Shown piece by piece: positions 45,811 to 49,356 of a stretch of DNA of 49,356 bases (its first letter is position 1; each line of letters opens with the position of its first letter). Made by a program: the position numbers and the translations under genes. The stretch is taken from the IMG/VR virus record IMGVR_UViG_3300033153_005402, positions 1 through 49,356 of that record, one strand, 5' to 3'. The notes below the pieces were generated by a model. It worked only from the letters and a program-made list of their open reading frames with translations. It was not told the origin of the DNA and ran no database searches. Source of the DNA: a virus (taxonomy: Duplodnaviria; Caudoviricetes).

Positions 45811-46371
45811 TTAATATAACTGCAAACTCGTATTACTAAACGCTAGGGGCCCCTCTATGCCAAAATTAACTATTCCCTTCTGGTCCAATGAAGAGGAAAA
45901 GGTTATTTCCAAAAGGCCGTTTACCATGTCGCCACCAAAGATATCTAGTTTGCATAACTTGTCTGGAGTAATAATCAATGTGTCATCGTCACCGGCGGCG
46001 GTCTGATCAACATCGTCTTTTTTCTTTTGGATTTTAAGTTTAGCGGTTGAGGTTCCATTGGCCTCTAAATCCGGCACCCCATTAAAGGGGGTCTGGGTAT
46101 CACCAAGGGGAGTTGTTCCGTCTGATTCAAACCAAGAGGGAACATAGGTAATAACGCCACGGGCAACCCAATCAAAACTTGATCCATTCCAACTTGAAAG
46201 GGCGGGGTCACATTCTTTAGCGTCTGCCTCTTCCTCTGCCGGAACATCTCTCAGGGTAAAATCACCCTCTACGCCACCCTCTAGCGTCACACCATCCGCC
46301 AGGGTTGGCGGGGCTGGCCACTGTATAACATTTACAACCCCGTCATCAGAATTTCTGGTAATAACTTTCAT
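45811..46371 (-). CDS. Tail-fibre-locus protein (possible chaperone or Ig-like)
   Basis: Acidic, beta-rich, directly downstream of the gp49-like fibre. Confidence 0.5.
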   Translation of the reverse strand: MKVITRNSDDGVVNVIQWPAPPTLADGVTLEGGVEGDFTLRDVPAEEEADAKECDPALSSWNGSSFDWVARGVITYVPSWFESDGTTPLGDTQTPFNGVPDLEANGTSTAKLKIQKKKDDVDQTAAGDDDTLIITPDKLCKLDIFGGDMVNGLLEITFSSSLDQKGIVNFGIEGPLAFSNTSLQLY

Positions 46372-46384
46372 TTCTATTTCCCCT

Positions 46385-47158
46385 TTAACCTATTGCAGTC
46401 CATGCGTAAGTTCTAGTATTAACATTTCCGCGATTAGCGGCAACAGTAAAACTACCTGCCGCTTGAGCGGTAACATAATCATTAAGTCCATTACCGGCAC
46501 CATCCGAAGAATATACACCCATGGTATCAACGTGAAGACAAAAAACCTGTCCAGCCGGTGGATTGCCAACACCAAGTAAAACCGTTCTGGGCGTCCATGA
46601 TCCTCCAGTTGTAATGACACGGGAGGCGGCACCGTTACCAGTGTATGCGCCTGTGCGAATTCTAGCGTTATCAGCAGGAGCGGGAGATGAAACATCGGCC
46701 ATGGTCGCCAGAGGATTTGCCCCGGTCGGGGCATTAGCATTTTTCAGGGAGGCCTGTTCGTTTGCGGAAATATTCGCCAGATCATCCCAATCAATAGTTG
46801 ATGCCTCTATACTAGAATGATCCTCGTTTTCGTGATCGTTCTTGGTAAAGAAATAGTTGGCGGCGGTTGCGGGATAGGTAGCATCTTTTAAGGCGGCCGC
46901 AATATTAGCATCCATATCATTCAGATCTTCAAGATTCGCCGCCTCTACCTGAGTATCAGCTAATAAGGCAATAGCCGTTTTTAACTGGTCATAGTCGCCT
47001 TTAACCAATGATAGCCCGGCCTCTAATATCGCCTGGATAACGTTCTCCTGCGTATCGTTTGACCATGCGGCGGTTACCCTCGTTCCAAACAAACCAATAG
47101 AGGGATCGCCATCCTGAAAGAATCCCCCAACATTGTATAACCCGTCTATTCGATGCAT
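46385..47158 (-). CDS. Tail fibre, Mu gp49-like N-terminus
   Basis: MHRID...FQDGDP...TRVTAAWSNDTQE...QLKTAI motif, with C-terminal GAYTGNG...YAWTAIG. Confidence 0.85.
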   Translation of the reverse strand: MHRIDGLYNVGGFFQDGDPSIGLFGTRVTAAWSNDTQENVIQAILEAGLSLVKGDYDQLKTAIALLADTQVEAANLEDLNDMDANIAAALKDATYPATAANYFFTKNDHENEDHSSIEASTIDWDDLANISANEQASLKNANAPTGANPLATMADVSSPAPADNARIRTGAYTGNGAASRVITTGGSWTPRTVLLGVGNPPAGQVFCLHVDTMGVYSSDGAGNGLNDYVTAQAAGSFTVAANRGNVNTRTYAWTAIG

Positions 47159-47176
47159 ATCAGGCCCCCTTTATGG

Positions 47177-47557
47177 CTATGATTGTAAGTACCAAACCGA
47201 TCCGGCACAAAGGAATTTTTTGAATTCCCCTGGTGCAACCGTTCCGATAAGGGCGGGGGAATCATCTTTAACCAAGAGATTATTTGATCCGCCCTTGTTA
47301 ACAATAAAAAACTCTATGCCCGGGGCTGTTGCCTCATCCGGTAACTCTACATCCTGATCGCCGCCGGAGGCCTCCAATACCTGGATTCTTTCACTTGCCA
47401 GAACCAAGGTTTTCTTTGCCGTCAATACCTCTTCATTCTCTCCCGGGTAAACTGATACGGCAAGATTCCGCATCTTCTGGCCTGAGAGATCCCCCGCCTG
47501 CTGGCTGGTTAAGTCTGCTAGGATTTCTGAAAGTAATCTTTTGGTTTCCGGCATCAT
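47177..47557 (-). CDS. Small structural protein inserted between gp48 and the tail fibre
   Basis: AAAGGGG RBS, beta-rich VELPDEAT..GIEFFIVN pattern. Confidence 0.6.
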   Translation of the reverse strand: MMPETKRLLSEILADLTSQQAGDLSGQKMRNLAVSVYPGENEEVLTAKKTLVLASERIQVLEASGGDQDVELPDEATAPGIEFFIVNKGGSNNLLVKDDSPALIGTVAPGEFKKFLCAGSVWYLQS

Positions 47558-47566
47558 TCGCCCCCT

Positions 47567-48199
47567 TTAAAAGAATTCCGCAAAATCAAATTCCTCTGAA
47601 AATTCACTATATTGAAAGTCTAATGTAGTATGAGCTGGTTTTTGCCGCAAGAGATAACATTCCAAAACGGCGTTATCCCATTCGGCCAAGAAATCCCCAC
47701 AACCGCTAGTACCCACATGAAAATATAATATTGTTTTGGCCGGGGCCTGTACTGTCCAGTGATATCTAAAATCATTACTCAATAGGAAATCCCCGCTGGC
47801 GGCGAGTCCGACAATAAAGGCATCCCATTCTATTATTCGTATATCATACCCCAGGCGTTCCGCAAGAAAGACAAAGTATTCTCTTGAACCCCCACCCTCT
47901 GAAAACAACTTGGCGAAAACATCATTTCGCCTTTGCTGAAAATTATCGGACAAACCCAAACAACCATCGGGCAACCCCGCCATGGCCTCCCATTCTGGAA
48001 GTAATTCAAGAGTTGACCGGGGATCGGTTTCTGTTAAAAAATCCATCATTCGTGAATCAAAGGTTGCCAATTCAATAGCGGTCGCCTCTAATAATTTGGT
48101 TAATTTAGCATCCGGATCCCTGGTCCATGCCTGCCCGGAAGGCAATAACTCTTGGAGCAATCTTAGAAAGTCCTGTTCTGTTTTGCTAGTTATCGGCAT
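47567..48199 (-). CDS. Baseplate protein, Mu gp48/YmfQ (DUF2313)
   Basis: LLPSGQAW, ETDPRST.ELLPEWE...GLPD and LEC...KPAHT motifs. Confidence 0.92.
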   Translation of the reverse strand: MPITSKTEQDFLRLLQELLPSGQAWTRDPDAKLTKLLEATAIELATFDSRMMDFLTETDPRSTLELLPEWEAMAGLPDGCLGLSDNFQQRRNDVFAKLFSEGGGSREYFVFLAERLGYDIRIIEWDAFIVGLAASGDFLLSNDFRYHWTVQAPAKTILYFHVGTSGCGDFLAEWDNAVLECYLLRQKPAHTTLDFQYSEFSEEFDFAEFF

Positions 48200-49356
48200 T
48201 AGAAAGTAACCGTTCCCAGAGTTAGGATTTCATCGTTAGCAACGTTAATAAGGGAGGTTGGAGAATTGAGGATATGGGAGATTTCCCCTGGGGCCGCTGA
48301 TATCGCCTCTGATATCTGGGATAAATGAAGAGTACCGGCGGGAACCCCTTCCCTATCCAAAAGATCTTGGAGTTCTAATTCCACCTGGGCCTGGACCTCT
48401 GGGTTGTTAGGAGACAAGGAAATATCAAAGGCCTGGGAAATCGGTTTCAGAGGATAAACCAAAACAATAGCGGTTACTGGCCGTTTGAGATCAAGGTAAT
48501 CCTGGACCTCTTGAACCTCTGAGGTATTGGGAATAATAGCGGGGTTGATTATCTTTGCTGAAACATCGTCAATATCTCCAACAAAAGTTGAGTTTGCCTG
48601 CAAGTTAAAATCAACATTACCGGAACCCCCGGCCTTGATAGTTTCAGTATGAACCCCGTTAGCACTCGCCGCCGCACCATTCGTTGATCCCAGATAGGGG
48701 GTAACAGAACCAGCGGAATAATTACTTAGAGTAAATGTAACTTCATATTCTGCCCCCGCCCTTACCCTATCCTCTTGGGATAAATCACTGTTGCCTGTTT
48801 GGATACCGTCACAACTCGCCACCCCGGCCCCGATGCTCCAACCTGTTCCCAATATCCAAGGATCTGCAACCCCAAAGTCACCATTAAGAATTGTGTTTAA
48901 TCCCAAGTGGTTCCCGCCGGTCTTGTTATCCTTCATGAAGGAAACGCCAACAGTACCGGCCCCCCAATATTGCGGAACCACCCAAACCCGGGTTACTCCC
49001 TCGATCTCCAATGCCCATCTTTCATAATCATTTACTGCCCCCGCCATGGGAATATTTTGAACCAGAGCCAACAACCGGGCCCTTAATTCATCGTCTGTTT
49101 CTTCCGGGTTGCCGTCTGCTATTCCCCCGGCATTAACCGTTACCTCTGAATTCACACCACCAATGGGGGAAACAAATCCAAGGGCTGATCCCTCTTCTGT
49201 ATTCCCGGAAGAACCGGCGGTTTCTGCTGTCAATGCTAGGGTAGCTGTTCCCCCCGCTATTGTTTCCTCGGAATCTACCAAAAATCTTTCATTGTCGGAT
49301 CTAGTTAATACTGCCCCGGCGGGAATAATCGATCCGTTGTTGCCGGTCGCCTCTAC
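48199..49356 (-). CDS. Baseplate J-like protein (Mu gp47), C-terminal part, with a CBM-like insertion
   Basis: ETDDELRAR, DYERWALEIEGVTRVWV, GAGTV, RPVTA and LSQISEAIS motifs. Joins 1..384 to give about 475 aa. Confidence 0.92.
   Translation of the reverse strand, partial: VEATGNNGSIIPAGAVLTRSDNERFLVDSEETIAGGTATLALTAETAGSSGNTEEGSALGFVSPIGGVNSEVTVNAGGIADGNPEETDDELRARLLALVQNIPMAGAVNDYERWALEIEGVTRVWVVPQYWGAGTVGVSFMKDNKTGGNHLGLNTILNGDFGVADPWILGTGWSIGAGVASCDGIQTGNSDLSQEDRVRAGAEYEVTFTLSNYSAGSVTPYLGSTNGAAASANGVHTETIKAGGSGNVDFNLQANSTFVGDIDDVSAKIINPAIIPNTSEVQEVQDYLDLKRPVTAIVLVYPLKPISQAFDISLSPNNPEVQAQVELELQDLLDREGVPAGTLHLSQISEAISAAPGEISHILNSPTSLINVANDEILTLGTVTF
49243..49356. repeat. Terminal direct repeat, right copy
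   Basis: Identical to 1-114. Confidence 0.95.

Noticed and set aside
43101-47158. Diversity-generating retroelement or invertible fibre cassette
   Set aside because: There is no reverse transcriptase or invertase, and the paralogous segments differ throughout rather than only at adenines
49243-49356. Biological terminal repeat
   Set aside because: It falls mid-gene in baseplate J, typical of an assembler overlap on a circular or permuted genome
1-49356. Alternative genetic code or tRNA genes
   Set aside because: Core genes are full length under the standard code with all three stops in use, and I recognised no tRNA cloverleaf

Overview
The window is an apparently complete, circularly assembled tailed-phage genome of about 49.24 kb. 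Bases 1-114 repeat exactly at 49243-49356, and the baseplate J gene runs across that junction. The minus strand carries, in transcription order from 27218 downward, a lambda-O-like replication initiator with internal iterons, RuvC, an SMC-like ATPase, an MT-A70 methyltransferase, and then the virion genes. These comprise an HK97-type head (PBSX-like TerL, portal, gpF-like protein, protease, capsid), a Mu-like contractile tail and baseplate, tail fibres, and an atypical lysis-position cassette containing a CheY-like receiver. The plus strand (27.5-38.7 kb) carries many small, often Zn-finger, accessory genes, a Cas4-like nuclease with a putative annealase, and an orphan restriction-like nuclease. 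I recognise no integrase, transposase, CI repressor, DNA polymerase, tRNA, CRISPR array or endolysin. Four observations stand out. (1) Several small accessory proteins carry short in-frame segments resembling conserved motifs of terminase, portal, prohead protease, sheath and baseplate proteins, a candidate decoy or mimic system. (2) The 4-mer AAGC/GCTT is almost absent genome-wide. (3) The lysis-position cassette lacks an endolysin but has an orphan response regulator and an EF-hand lipoprotein. (4) Baseplate J carries a CBM-like insertion. All family assignments come from motif recognition by eye, not from database searches.
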